Counted from the stretch's first letter, positions 22,191 to 36,300 are shown. The stretch is DNA of 64,000 bases from Takakia lepidozioides (GCA_030704615.1 CM060734.1:41292001-41356000); one strand, 5' to 3'. The notes: generated from the letters alone by a model not told the origin. Numbers and translations: made by a program.

Positions 22191-25100
22191 TTAGCCATGC
22201 TGCCAATAGAAGCTAGTTTTACCCGTTCGCCCCAGTGCAGAAAGCTGACGTACATCTTCTGGAGTTAACTTCCAGCCTAATGCCCCTGCATTCTCTTCTG
22301 CCTGCATACATGGATTTTCTTCAGTGCAAACCAAAGCCTCTATGAAATGAGACAAAGAGATACCAAATAGACAATACTGTGCTTATGGAGTCCTCACCAA
22401 GTATGGACAGTACGAAACCGATAGGCAACAGATTATCTTCAAAAGACAGGACTTAGGCAATCATAACCAGATTCATAAGGCCGTACAATAAACTCAGACA
22501 GCTCAGATAGGAAAATATATACTCAATGGGCGCAGTTTCCTATTTGATTGTGACAGAGTGTTAGGAGCAAGTGAGTTATGCCTGGCCTTATCTCCTATCA
22601 CATAAGGTGGATCAAAAAGGAAAAAGAAAGGAAAGTTAGTAAGCCTTAAGATGGGGGCTGACGATGTCATACAGTTCAGGCTTGCATAGGATGACCATTG
22701 CAGACTCTTCCAAGATGTTTTCCCAACCAAGAGATAAAACTCAGCTCATGCACAGCTTACAGCAGCAATCCCAGTTAAAGTGATAGAGTGACTCATTTAA
22801 GGGCTTCTTTACCAGAGTACTAGATAGGCTATTGCCTTGGCAGCACTGAATAATCCTCTACATGCAAGATATGTCAAACATATGTTTTGATATGTTCAGA
22901 TATGTTTTGCAGCTCAAACAAAAGACAGAGATAAGAAAGAACTTAAGGATTTTCTTATGTCCAAAATGGCCAAGGGATGCAAACAGAACAACAATAATCA
23001 CAGAAAAACACATCCAAGGAACCAAAGAGGGAGGGAGGGACCTGCTTAGCATTCTTGGCACCGGGTATCGGAATCGCTCCTTTGCAACTGTGCCAAACAG
23101 CACCACATGCAAATGGCAACATCAAGTCAAAGAGAGGTAATATGTCACTTACAAATTTCAGTTCTGATGACAGACATCAATCCCCAATCAGAAGGCACTC
23201 AAAGATGGTGAGGAAACAAGAGATTCCTCATCTCTGGCAAAAAGGCTTCAGCTCAATCCAAAGTGCGTAGAAGCCTATCTGACTGAGGCACTCTGCCTGA
23301 ATCCAACTTTGGAATTTGATGTGTTCCTTGGAAGTCAATGGTTCTATATAGTTCCAGTATACTGCCTTGTTTCAGCTGTCCTATTGCTCATCAGTAGGCA
23401 GGAAAAAACGTGACTTACATGCACCAATTGAGGGCAACTTGTGGTACAGACTTTCCAGTCTCTGTTGCAAGCGCCCGCATCTTTTCCAGAAGTGGCACAA
23501 TGTCTCCCATTGGCACATTGCCAAACGATCGGTTACTAGGTGGAGGATTCGCCACAGAATATTTACCTGCCCAGCAAAGTAAATAGCTTCATTGGTTTCA
23601 ACATAACTTTGTCAGACAGAATCAATTGGCGGCCTGTAAAAGTAGAAGTTGGATTTCCTTTTGACCCTGACATACCCTCCAAATCAACAAACAAGAAAAT
23701 GGAAAGCTGTGATTTCCATAAATGGGGAAGCGATAGTAGATCATTGAAAGAGAAGCCTGAAGAGACGAAGGAATGAAATGAAATGAAATGGTACTTGATA
23801 ACGTCCACGGAAAGTTCAAAGAGCTTATGGGACAAAATGGAAAAAAAGAAAGAAAGGGTGGAAGAACAAGAGAAACCAGGACGTAGTCAAATTACGCCAG
23901 AGTACTGCCATATTTAGAATGCATTCAGGTTACCTACCCAGTCACCACAGTTTTTCGAGATTTCAAGCAATCACACATGCCCAAATTTGGTTGAGTTGCA
24001 GCCTGGTGGAACTCCTGTAGAGAGGGCTCAACACTAAGAGCAGAACCCACATCTACAGACTAGAACTAGAACATTCCAATGAGTACATTCACATTTGCTG
24101 AGAGGGTCAGGCTGTGATACCAGTGAGGCGGCCCATGGCAAGTGGTGAATACGCCAAAATTGAGACGCCAAGCTCTTTACATGTGGCCATCAACCCTTCT
24201 GTTTCTGGTAACAATCTCAGCAATGAGAACTCCACCTGCATGTGCTCTCCTTCATAATTACACCCCTCATAAATCATATTCCTCGAATCTTCGTCAAGTG
24301 CATGCTTAAGGTCTGAGAAATTCTTAGAGGGCAATTTCCTAGTGAGCTTTGATTCCAAATGGGATACAAGGTGAGGGAGACTCTCCTTTGGCAGGTGGCT
24401 AATCCACAATTTTGTCTTCTTTCGACAGTCAAGCTGACTAGGACATTTTACTGTAGGGCGGTGTTTTTGTGCGCACATGCTGTACACTGGTTAATAGATG
24501 TCATTGCCACGATCCTTTTAGAAGGGCCACTCCTCTGACTGTGAACCGTTGTTAGTGAATTAGTTGTCTTTGACTTTATCCCATGATCATTTCTTTTTGA
24601 CAGGAACTATTGTTGAACCACAAAGAACATAGAATGACTGTTGTCCAAGCTGTGTAGCATACTGTGGTTATTTTGAGAAGCGCCTGTGCGATTTAGGCTT
24701 GTGGGCACCTTTGGTGAGTTTGACTTGGTGTTCTTAGGTCGTGTAAGGATTACTATTTATTATATCCAAGGTCTTTCAGCCTTTCCTCACCTGAAACAGT
24801 ATTCAAAAGAAGGAAATGAAATGAACTGAAATGAAATGGTACTTCATAACATCCGCGAGAAGCTCAAAGATTGTACTCATAAGACGTTGTTTGCCGTAGC
24901 CTTGTGGCCATTGAAGCTCAAAGAGATGGGACAAGAGGAAGAAAGAAACAAGAGAGAGCTACAAACAGCCCAAAAGCAACTAAAGCTCAAGGGAAAGAGA
25001 AAAAGAAAGAAAGAATGAAACAGGGAAGAAAAAGAAGAAAGGCATGGGTGGGAGAACAAGGCAGAAAGCAACATTATAGGTGCAAAAAACGGTACCTGAT

Positions 25101-28100
25101 TGGAAGAAAGGGCAATGTTACGGGTTGCGAGAGTCGCATGTGAAAAGGTGTTAAGTTGGCTCCAACACACGCCCACTGAGATTCGGACAACACCAGGGTC
25201 TCTCAGTGGGTTTCTTTGTTGTACAGTTCCACATGTCTCCACACTCTCATCAGTTCATAATAGATTGCTTCTTTCTCCTTCTTTCTTCCTCTTCTCTCTC
25301 GGCTAATGATTTCTTTTCTCTTTCTTTTGTTCTCTCTTCAGTACAGTTCCTTCATTCTTTTTACTTTATCATGTATTGCACATGCATGTGAAAGTCTACA
25401 CAACCTCAAGACTTTGACAGACAGTTATCAAGGAAATCTGCAGGCAAGTATCTGACAGGTTCCTTCCAAAATAACTGAATAGTGTGACATTACTCGAAAG
25501 CCCCACAAGGGGATTTGGATCTTTTGTGCCCTTTCACCAAAAAACGTTAGCCAGGCAAAACTTTATGCCTAACAAGTTAGTGGGTGTTCACATTTGACCT
25601 GGTAAGTATGAAACTTGACATGGCTTGACTATACTGAATGCATGGATGACAGCCTATCTTAAGGGTCAAATGTGTACCAGAGGTGGTGAGGCCAGCATCA
25701 TAAGCATCTGCAAGACCCTCGCTCAAATGCTCTACTGATCGCAATGTCAGGGCTGGACCATGCACCTGCCATCCATTACAGAAAAATATCCATTTCCATG
25801 AGTCGTACTCATATGTTGTTCTCACAAGGACAAAGACACATGACTTCAGTACTTCCACGTCTCGAATCTAGATTCACGAAGAGAAAGAATGGTATGTCCA
25901 ATATACCTGGAACAAGTCAACCTTCTCAAGACCGAGCCGTTCCAAGCTTTGTTTGAGAGACTTGATGGCCTCCTTGCGGCAATTGAAGTGCCAGGGCAGT
26001 GGAGTGTATTTTGTTGCTATTACTACATTTTGCCTTTGCTCCGGACTCAGCTTCTTCAAAAACTTACCGACCAAACGCTCCGATTCACCTATCCATCACA
26101 ACAACCATTTCTCCCAATTTGCATAAGAAAAAGCTTTGGGTTCTTTAAGGGCACAGCAAACAGATTGCGACATGCATGGGAGGCCCAGAGGTCCAGGAGA
26201 CACAGTAGAGCAAAGAGAGAGAGAGATGTACTCATAAGACATTGTTTGCCGCAGGCTTGTGGGCTATAGACCCCGTGCCCAGTATGTGCGAACGAGAGAG
26301 AGAGAGAGAATGTACTCATAAGACATTGTTTGCCGTAGCCTTGTGGCAATTGACCCAGAGCTCAGATTGAGCGGAACACAAAGGGACAGAAACTACCTTT
26401 GTCAGGGGCTGACGCCAGTAGTATGACCTACCTTGGAACAGACTAGTATTACTCCCAGTTTTCCAGATATCCTCTAGAAATCCCTTCACACAAGCATCCA
26501 TCTGCTGTGTGTGGTTTGCCCAATAACTAGGCCCCAAAAGGGCCTGGGCTTTTAACTCAGCCTCGAGACTTTCAAAGATGGTAAACAGAGGTTCAGGCAC
26601 AATTCCCTTGATGGATATGAAGAGGGCGTCTCTTTCATGAGAGTAGCCAGGACAATGAATCAGAAAAGGAATATTGCAATCCCTCTCTCTCTGCATCTGT
26701 TTGCTGTTCAAAGGTAGGCTTCCCGCCCTGAGTTTAAATTTAAGTCTAGTGCCGAGGGTGGGAAAACCCTTGAAATCATCCATGATGGCCTCTCCCATCT
26801 CACAGACTAGAAACAAGTTCAGGGAAATTTCCTGCCTAAATTCATTTTTCATGAGAGAGAGAGAGGGGGGGCAAGCAACTATCCTCAGTTTTATTTATTT
26901 TACTACAGTGTGTCAAACTTCAGTATCAAATCAACCGAGTTGCCTGGATGGTGGCAAGGCACAACTTCTACACATAATGAAAAGGCAACAAACCGAAAGA
27001 AGGGAGCTTCAAATGTCTTTAACGAGACACTTTTTAAGCCTTGCTTGCTCTAGCCTTGTAGACTACACACCTACACTACACTGTCTAGATATGCAAACAG
27101 GGGACAGTGAAAAGAAAAGAGAAATGAAAGGGTACTTTCCAACGTCTGTGGCAAGCTCCAGGAGCTTATGGGGCAAGAGAAAGCAGGAAACGAAAAAGAG
27201 AGAGGGGCCCTCCACAAGCAGCCCAAAAAAATGACATGAGATGAATGGTACTTCATAACATCCGCGGAAAGGTCAGACAAGAGAAAGCATGAAACAAGAA
27301 AAGGAGAGGGGCACTCCACAAGCAGCCCAATAACAACTATTGTCCAAGGGATTGACTAAGAATCAATGCCTCATGCAGACATGACATTTGATTTCACTGC
27401 TGTATCCACCGCAAGCAGGCAGTCCTCATGTTGCAGGTTGTCCCACCTGCCAGTCTCATTCTGCAGACTATGGGAGCCCACCCTAAACCTCCCCACTGCC
27501 CTTAGAAGAGAGGAGATAGAGCTGCAGACAGCTGGCAATTGGGCCACAAGATTCTATCATCACGAAGATCTCCCCATAGAACTGCAGTTTTGTTGTAAGA
27601 TTGGCTGGAAAGAAAGAAATGAATTGAATGATACTTTACAACATCCACAGGAAGCTCAAAGAGCTTATGGCACAAGAGGAAGAAAGAAACAAGAAAGATA
27701 GAGGGGCCACAAACAAAGATAAAAAAGAAAGAGAAACTCATAATGTCCAGAGACTTGTGTCCGAAGACTCACATACCTTTTCCATAAACAGCAGCTGTGT
27801 CAATTAGCGTGACCCCCTGCTCCAAAGACTTGTTGAAGGCCTCTTCTGCAGCAGCCTCATTGAAAGCCGCATCTCCATACCCCCACAACTGTCTGCCCCA
27901 CCCAACAATCCTGCTCAGTCTGAACTGATTCGTAGTGGAATGATCACAACAACTGCATCTCCCTACTACTCCCATGCCATGTCCTCACATTGCCTGCTAC
28001 AGATATTTGCAATGGAGCTAAGATTTGAATCCAACTTGTACAGAAGGTTCGCGTTTCCTGACCCCCGTAATTCCTTACTCCATTAACTCTCTCCATTAAT

Positions 28101-28768
28101 CCTCTGCCCCTCATCTCTGTAATAGGTGAAGGAACTTTGAGGAACCCCACAATTTCCATAATATGCATGCAGGGAAACCTTTCACAGGTTCTCATTAGTC
28201 CATGAATGATCCCAAGACACCTATTCAGCCTGACTAACAATTCAGTGAATGTATCACAATGCAATAGGTGACTTTGACAGGAAAGAGGAACCTTCGGCGA
28301 GGTACCTCCAATACATTCAAGCTGACGTCTTCCATAGCAACACTAGATTTTTTCCAAAGACAGCAGCTAACCATGGCGAAAACCCACCTCTAGGTTTTAA
28401 TTTGGCATACGAGAAATTAGCTTTGCGAAATGATATACCCAAGAAGTGAAAGTGTGATACGACTTCATAATCCAGTGACTGGTGTCCTTTGTGCATTCTC
28501 CTCTAAGACTAAGAGCTTCTCACATATAAGCATTCACGACAGAGCCAAGAAATCAATGGACCTTATTGGAATATTTGGTAACAGAATCGACAGCGATTAC
28601 ATAGAAAGGGGCTTGAACATGTGAAACAACCAAGGAACTGCGAAAAGGGACTAACTTATCACCCCACGACCAAGAGCCAACGCCCATAGAATGACCGTGC
28701 AGAACGTTTGGTGTAGACGGAGCAGGCGGCTTCACATGTCCATCACCGGAACCAATCGCCGACCCCAT
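22191..28768 (-). CDS. Aldo-keto reductase (pyridoxal-reductase-like); ~9 exons, possibly damaged
   Basis: Exons ~28768-28656 (MGVGSWSWGD), 27892-27777 (IDTAAVYG), 26088-25907 (IATKY...SLERLG..DLFQ), 25765-25678 (VHGP), 25176-25106 (SSNQ), 24235-24121 (AYSPLAMGRLTG), ~23566-23426, 23087-23042 (IPIPGAKN), 22301-22191 (ENAGALGW...HG*). The D-Y-K-H tetrad is present. Confidence 0.85.
23770..27695 (-). repeat. Short interspersed repeat (~60-90 bp) with (ATTTC)n-like tail; 5 copies in AKR introns
   Basis: aatgaaatggtactt(c/g)ataac(a/g)tcc(a/g)cgg..ag.tcaaagagcttatggga at ~23770, 24812, 27120, 27235 and 27615; a diverged copy in the opposite orientation at ~16968-17010. Confidence 0.75.
26210..26852 (-). 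mobile_element. 5'-truncated LINE 3' fragment stacked on a second ~70 bp 3'-end copy, in an AKR intron
   Basis: [17 protein letters not shown]...FLIHCP...IW; ends GGCAAACAATGTCTTATGAGTACA + (TC)n. Same family as 43190-43874. Confidence 0.8.
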
Positions 28769-30951
28769 CTTCCTACCCAGCAAAGAACCGAGACTCCTCA
28801 AAGTCGTCGTCTTGGGCTCCCGTCTTCACTCCCTCGAGTGCTCAGGATGTGCTTCCAATTTCTGCAAACCCACAAACAGGCGAACCCACTCTTTGCTGAA
28901 TCTGCAAACTAAACTCTGTCACACTTGCTATACAGCAACTGCTACTAAAAGTCTGCCGCCATTGAAGTCAAGAGGACACGGTGCCCACCGCCCACGCTAC
29001 ACGTGTGTGCGTACTTGTTGAGCTCGTTCCGAGTTTCCAACCACACGCCATGCGTTCTCCATGGTTTCCTTTACGTGGGACACAAGCCTAGTTTTGCAGG
29101 GCTTTCTGCAAACAGAGTGTCAGGCCGGGCCCTTTTCCACCAGAATGGCCCCACTCTGATGTCTGCAGCTCACGTCTCTTGGGTACCAACTCTTTTATTA
29201 TTTGCTTCTCCTTTCTTCCCTCCCTTTGAGTCAAGGAACCTCAAGTAAGTTCCTCTAGTGATACAAAGTGCCTTGTGGTTTTCTTTCCATAGGCTAAAGC
29301 TCTCCAGGATTATGTTGCACAGTCTTGTCCATACGTCCTCACTAATGTGTTCACAATGTTCTAAACATGTGATATGCATATTTATCCAACCTTCATGAGT
29401 TGTTGATCATATTTCTTCCGGCTGGTTGTCTTCTTTTTTTGTGCCTTTTGGTTGTCATTGGACATTGTAATTTTCTAAAAGACAGCTAAACCCATGTTGT
29501 GTTTTCGGTGTATGCCATAGTATAACCTTGGACAGCTTTATTAAAAGAAAACCCAGTCAGGGGACAAGTGTATCGAGAGGAAAGGGAGGGCAAATAAAAA
29601 GAAAACAAATAATAAGGGGGGAGGAAAAAAACAAACAATCAATCAATCAGGATGTGCTTAAGCCAAGTTCAAGGTGCATACCATCACTCGCAAGGGAAGG
29701 GGAGAGAGAATGGAAGATTGAGCCATGCTAACTACCTCTACCTCACGACTTGTACTCTTTGCAAAGCAGCATAAACCTGTTGTCAATAGAAGTCAAGAGA
29801 ACTAAGGCAATGTTTCAAACACCCTTGCTTTTCAGCTGCATGATGCTAACGTGGACGATGGAAGAATTACGTTTTGTTTCCATATAAAAACATGAAATGT
29901 ACCTTCACAAACGCGAGTATATCCCGTACTTCCTATGTGTTTTCCACCACGAAGGACCGAAAAAAGCACACGCCCAAAGGATCAATATCTTGCAAATTTT
30001 GCAAGTATTGTCAACATTCTGCATACACTTACAAATACCTCTGAAGATTTTTCATTATGGGAACATGATGGACAAACAAGTACAAAAGGGATATGTGATT
30101 CCCCAACTAGGAAATGATTAGGTGAAGCAAAATCACTTGGAGAGAAATTGCTCATGTCTAAACAACATTTCCAAAAACAACTTGTCGAAAAGAGAAAAAA
30201 CATTTCCATAGATAAATGAGAATCAAATTTGAGGATAAGAACCTGACTTCTAGTTAATGTTTCAAATAACAGTCATGAGTTATTTCAAAATATCTATGAC
30301 CAGTATTTGGGTGGATTCAAACGATTACATCATACTGCACACCCTCTTCCACTTCATTTTCAGCCTTCACATATGACAAACATGAAATAGTAAGCTTAGA
30401 CGGCCACCAATTTTTTTTAATAATTTGTATATTAAGTATTTGAATAGTTTGGTCTAAAGCATACATGTCATTATCTACTCGCGAACCACCCTAAACCACA
30501 GAAACAATGACATAATGGAGATCAATTTCTACTTAAAAGAAAGTATATGTAGATTATCGTTTCGTTCTCGGACTATGCAGCTAACTACCTAATTATTTGG
30601 CATGTTGGAGGGAGTAACTTGGCTTGACAAATAATTTGTATATTTCTTTAGAAGCATGATTGTATAGCTAGCATGTGACAATTCGATATCATAGTGCACA
30701 TCCACCCATATAGACCATAGCACATGGAATAAAACACATTGTGGTGGACACCAAGAAGAAAACATTAAATATGATGGCTATTCATTAGACATACAACAAA
30801 ACTTGTTATTTTCGGGCAAACTGGGCAGGGCCCAAAGAAATTAACGACAACACGTGGCGACGATGATGTGGCACTATGGCACCCTATACCTGCTATACGT
30901 TAAACTAGCTTCCGACCTTCGGTCGTCGCTAGAATAATGAGTTATTTTGTC

Positions 30952-31369
30952 TTATGGCCCTTCACGAGGTTATTTTTTCCTCGTTCTTTAATTTGAGAAA
31001 CAGGGCTCCGCTCCCTTTCTATTTAAAAAAATAAAAAATAAAAAAATCTCTTTCTAAGTGACCGCGCCGAGGCGCCAAGTATTAGGCTCAAGGGAAGGGG
31101 GAGCAAATTGTACCACACTGGACAAGGTAGCAAGATTTGAACCCAGGATCACCTAGAGTGAACTGGGTTCACTATCCAAATACTATGTGGTTCATATTTG
31201 AATAGTTATAGTACATTAATTTATGGGTGAATTAATTCCTACATCTAATTCTCAATAAATATTATAGCCCTTCTACCTAATTATTATTATTATTTAATTT
31301 AAAGGAAAGGGGACGGAGGCCCTTTTAATCAAATTAATAAGTGAGGAAAAAATAACCTCGAGGCCATAA
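30952..31369. mobile_element. MITE-like element with ~80 bp imperfect terminal inverted repeats
   Basis: ttatggcc..cgaggttattttttcctc..ttaatttga..gggctccg.tccctttc at the left end matches the reverse complement of 31290-31369; AT-rich interior. Confidence 0.7.
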
Positions 31370-31379
31370 AGAGTACAGG

Positions 31380-32051
31380 GCAAGGCCATTTCAGGGCCGC
31401 AATTGTCCAAAGAACGAAGCAAGAGAGATCAAAGTAACAGCTAACAGAGGCCACACAAGCCCCCTGCTAAGAAAGGCCACAAAGACCCGGAAGAGAACAA
31501 AGCCACAACAACGCTGCCCAACAACCAAATAACAAGAACAGAATCCAGCTGCAGCAAAAGAGGGACCAACAAGCTAGCTAAAGAGAGGCATCTATAAGCC
31601 ACAACACCGAAGATCAACGTTTTGCTTTAAGAGCCTCAAAATCTAAAGGAGCATGAAACTTGGAGCTTCGAAGTTTGCGGTGGCGCCAGTTGATGTCATT
31701 GTCACGTTCAGCGGGAGAAGGCCATCGTTCAGGGGATGCACCAGGCCCGAGGTATGCAGGAGGCCCAGATTGAGCCTTGGTCAGAAAAGCCATTGCAAAA
31801 GATTCCCCGCCACCCCCAGGAGTTGTCAAAACCAGCGAGCGCTTAGCTTGAGAACATTTGAGAATAGCTGCATTCAAAACCTCCCAAGCCTTGTGCCCTT
31901 CAGTTAGCAAATTAAAAAAAATAACCTGAAGGGAAGCTTGAATGGAGGGGGCAGTGCCACCATACAATTTTGCACAGCGGGACTTCCAGATCTGCCAAAG
32001 AGTCAAAGAACGGAGACAGGCCCAGATTTCACACTTGGACGAGAGCTGCAC
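31380..32051 (-). mobile_element. LINE (L1-type) ORF2 C-terminal fragment and 3' UTR
   Basis: IWACLRSLTLWQIWKSRC is the W..IW..R signature of the L1-type ORF2 C-terminus, followed by a U-rich tail. Confidence 0.55.
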
Positions 32052-33329
32052 CCTGGAGCCCCTAGGGATGTCATGTGTAAATTGATTATTTTTAAAGAAA
32101 TCATTGAGAAATACAAGTGCCCATTCAATATATTATATGTAACCACCAATTGCATATATATCCGCCAATTTTAGGACACCTCTAACCGTCCTATTCATAA
32201 CGGTCTAAATTTGAAGAATTTTGTAGAATAGATAACCGGTGGATATACCGTCCCTTATCAACCGTTTAGGCATTTTTGCGCCTGATAATTATTAAAAACC
32301 AAACAGACAGCTTAGGCACGTTTCTCAAACCATGATTTCTCACATTAGACATCTTCATGCTATAAGTTTTTTGAATTTAGGCACATGAGAAGAGAAAACA
32401 TTTATTTTCTTAAGAATAAAAATACAAAATAGAAACCCAATGCCCATGGGCCCCTTGTCCCATGCCAACAGGCCCAGCTCAAATCTCCTCCAAGCTTGCA
32501 GGCTCCAGCTACCCTTCAGGATGAATATGATGACATTGTCGAGTCCATGTAGGGGCCTTTTGTAGGAAGTTATTTTCGCACGCATATATTTGTATTGATT
32601 TTTGTTCAATTACATTTTTATCTTCTTACAAACAACATGAGAAGAGGCTGGAAGGTTTTTTGCTGGAATTTTTAGGCATTAGGCACTTTGGTCCCATAAT
32701 TTCCGTGCAATTAGGCCAAAATTTGAAAAATTCCCAAAACGCGTTAGGCACTTTCAATTTGAATTAATTATCGCCTAAACAGTTGATAAGGGACGGTACT
32801 AAAATAAAAAATATATCCTTATACATAACCATGGAGTGTGTCCGTCCCAAAAATATTGAAGTAACCTTAACCGGCGGATATGTAAAATTCTTATAACCGG
32901 CCAACACTGGTAGACACCCCAACCGTGGGTTTAAACAGGACACAGCAGCTGTGCAAGCTGGTGCCGGGCCCGCCCACTCCTCACACACTAGCCTTGGTGG
33001 GCCCTTCTTTGCCACACAAGGTAACCCTAGATGCCAGGGTGGTCAGCCCCCTTACACTAGGCCTGCACATCGCCAGAGCCATGGTATAGCTAGGGGCAAT
33101 ATTGGTGGTGGGCCCTGTCCCTCCTTTCAAGACAATCCTAGGAGCAGTAGAAATGGGGCCAAGAGTAGTGCTACACCCTCTTACTCCGGTCACAGCAGCC
33201 CTCATCCATGGAGGAGAGGAAGCTTTGCTAATGGTGAACCCTCCCACTCTACCCAAGGTCACAACTCTACAGGAATGATAGGTACCGACAACCCCAAGTG
33301 AGGCACAACAACTCCAAATCAAGGGGCCA

Positions 33330-36300
33330 GTGGCCTTTCCCCAATTTGCCTTTCAGGTACACGGCGGCCTCCCACAGAGCTTACCTCTCCACTTGGCTCG
33401 CCACCTCCTTCTAGACAGCGGACAGGTTCACTTGATCAGACCACCCGGTCTTTTGCTCCATCTTATCTCCCACCACCAACACCACCATCTTCTCCACCAG
33501 ACCGAGTGCCTTGTCCAGGTTGTGGTCGGATGTTTGCCCGTATCGAGGGGCTTGCGCGTCATCAGCACACGTGTTCTACACTCCATCAGTCTTCTCCGGA
33601 CAGTCATTTGCCTACCCCGTTAGTGGCTCCTTCTATCCAGACATGGCTTTGGATTGCGACCCTTGATGTTTTGAGAGCATTTCATTTGGGTTTGCCCCGT
33701 CCCCGACTCTATACACGCATCCCAATGCCGCTTCGCAGAGAGGTACAACATGCTTTTCGCTTATCCTTGTACCGCCTTGCTCGGGACCCTTACGACATTG
33801 CTGCTTGGCACCTTTTTCTGCTAATTTTTCCTCTATGGTGTCTAGTTTTGCCTCCACGTGGTGGTGAATCCGGACATCGAGAGACGCGTGCCCGTCTTCG
33901 TAGATTTCTCTCTAGGGATTGGGAAACCCTTCAAGACGAACATTATCTACGTGCACAAGCACTTGCGGCGCGACTAGCTCATGATAGCCCACACCGGGCC
34001 GCTCCATCCATCCACATGCATCTTCGTCGGAGTCTTATGCTAGGCCGGGCAGGAGAGTATTCCCGTGCAGCTCGAGCTCTTGCTCCTCTTACCCCAGCAC
34101 CGCCTTCGGCTGATACTGTCACAACTTTGGAGAATCTCCACCCCAGTGCGGACGACATCCTTCCTTCCTTTGTGGAGGACTTTGAACCTGATGAGTTCCT
34201 TCAATTGGATCGTGATACTTTCATACAAGCATTCATTCGTAGCCCTCATCTTACAGCAGCCGGTCCGTCTGGTTTGGTGTATGAACAACTCCGTGACTGT
34301 CTCAATCCATAGGACTCTGCTAGTGGCTTTTCCCAGCTGTTCCAAGTTTGCTCTTTCACTGCGATGGGACATATACCTACCCCAATAGCACGTTTGTTTG
34401 GAGCAGCATGGCTCTTGGCCATGTCCAAGAACATAGGTGGGATTCGTCATATTGTAGTGGGGGAGGTTCTGTATCGCTTGGTGAGCCACTCTATCTACAT
34501 CCAGTTTCGGGAGGTCTTTTCTTCTTTTCTCCACATCAGTTTGGGGTCGCTACTCCGGGAGGTTGTGAAGTGGTGCATGAGATTCGGGCTTTCTTTGACC
34601 TTCATCCAGACTGGGTCGTCCTTCAGGTGGATTTGACCAACGCCTTCAACACGGTATCCAGATCAACAATATTTCAGGAACTGCGATCAGCCGGCGACGC
34701 ATGCCATCAACTCATTCCCTTTGTGAGATTGTTTTATGCTTCCTCCACCCCTTTGTTTTACAATCATCATACCTGTACCGGAGATCTTACTATAATCCAG
34801 TCCGAAGTAGGAACCCGTCAGGGCGATCCATTAGGGGGACCTCTTTTTGCCTTTGCCCACTTCCGAGCCCTTCGCTCATCTGCGCAAGTCTTCCAATCCT
34901 GTATATTTCCTTCTATTGCTGATGATACCCACATCATTGGCCCTCCCATTGATATCTTTTTGGCTTTCCATCACTTTGCTACCCAATTTCACTATCTTGG
35001 GCTCACTGTTCAACCTCGCAAATCCACAGTTTGGTCACCCTCTGGTCTGCCTTCAGATTTCGTGCCCCCTGTCGACTTTCTAGCACCATCTGAGGGTATT
35101 CGAGTGTTAGGTGTTCCCTTTAGGTACTACAACTTACACAACATCTTTATTCCAAGATGCTTTGCTACATGATACAAGCCATATAGAGCTTCTTCCCAAA
35201 CTAAGGGATATGCAGGTAGCCCATGGCTGCATTCTCACTAAATGCTTTATACAGCGACCTTCTTATCTTTTGCGTTGTTTTCCCCCCTCGCCAGTTTGTG
35301 GAGCTTCTGTCTTCTTTTGATACGACTGTTAGGGGGATTTTTGGTCGTCTATTAAGCCCAGGTGCATTTGATAGTGAGCAGGGGCCCTTGGGATGTCGTC
35401 AAGCTACCCTCCCGATCTCTTCTGGAGGAGTGGGTTTACAATCCACAGTCGTCAGGCTACCCTCTCGATCTCTTCTGGAGGAGTGGGTTTACTATCCACA
35501 GTCGTCACTGCCCATGCTGCCTCCCTAGGTAGTTGGGCTTTAGTCGCTCCAGCCTTGGCATCTCGGTTTCTGTGTCAGCAACGCCCTTTTCTCATTGAGG
35601 TGGTTGCCCACATCGACGATGGCTCTTTGTCCTTCCAGCAACATCTTCGTTCAGCGCGGGATCTCATCCCAACACCAGCACAGGCTTGTCTGCCACCCTT
35701 TGAACAGTTGGTCACTCAAGGTCTGGAGCATTTACAGGATACCATCATGGAACGCGTGCACCGACACTTATTTGCCAGCATGCTTTCCGACGCTCCTTCA
35801 GATGCACATCGGGCTAGACTTCTCTCGTGCGCAGGGCCCGGAGCAGGCGCGTGGCTCACGGTACGACCAACCATTGCACCCTTTCGTATGTCTTCTGCTG
35901 TATTTACCACCTCCCTACGAGTTTGACTGGGTCTTCTGCATCCCTCTGTGTTAGGACTACAATAGTGTGTTTGTCACCATCCTCTCGATTCACTCGGCGT
36001 ACATCTTCTTCGTTGCCCCTGCGGTGGAGAACGCACTGCGACCCATGACGTCGTCCGGGATGCAGCAGCTGCGGTTGCTCCCTGGTTGCTCGTGATGTTG
36101 GGATACATGTTATTCGAGAGCAGGTGCACATACTCCCATCAACCCACGATCACCATTCCACTCGACAACGGGTTGACATTGTTCTCTCACAGGACGGACT
36201 GCGTACATTGGCGGACGTTGTCGTCACTGATCCTACTAGGTCGGATCTCTTGCCCCGCACAGCCTCATCATAGGGAGTTGCCGCTTCAGTAGTTGCGCAG

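Noticed and set aside
29170-30400. Short ORFs in the AT-rich intergenic region
   Set aside because: No recognisable motifs; possibly an old TE remnant but unsupported.
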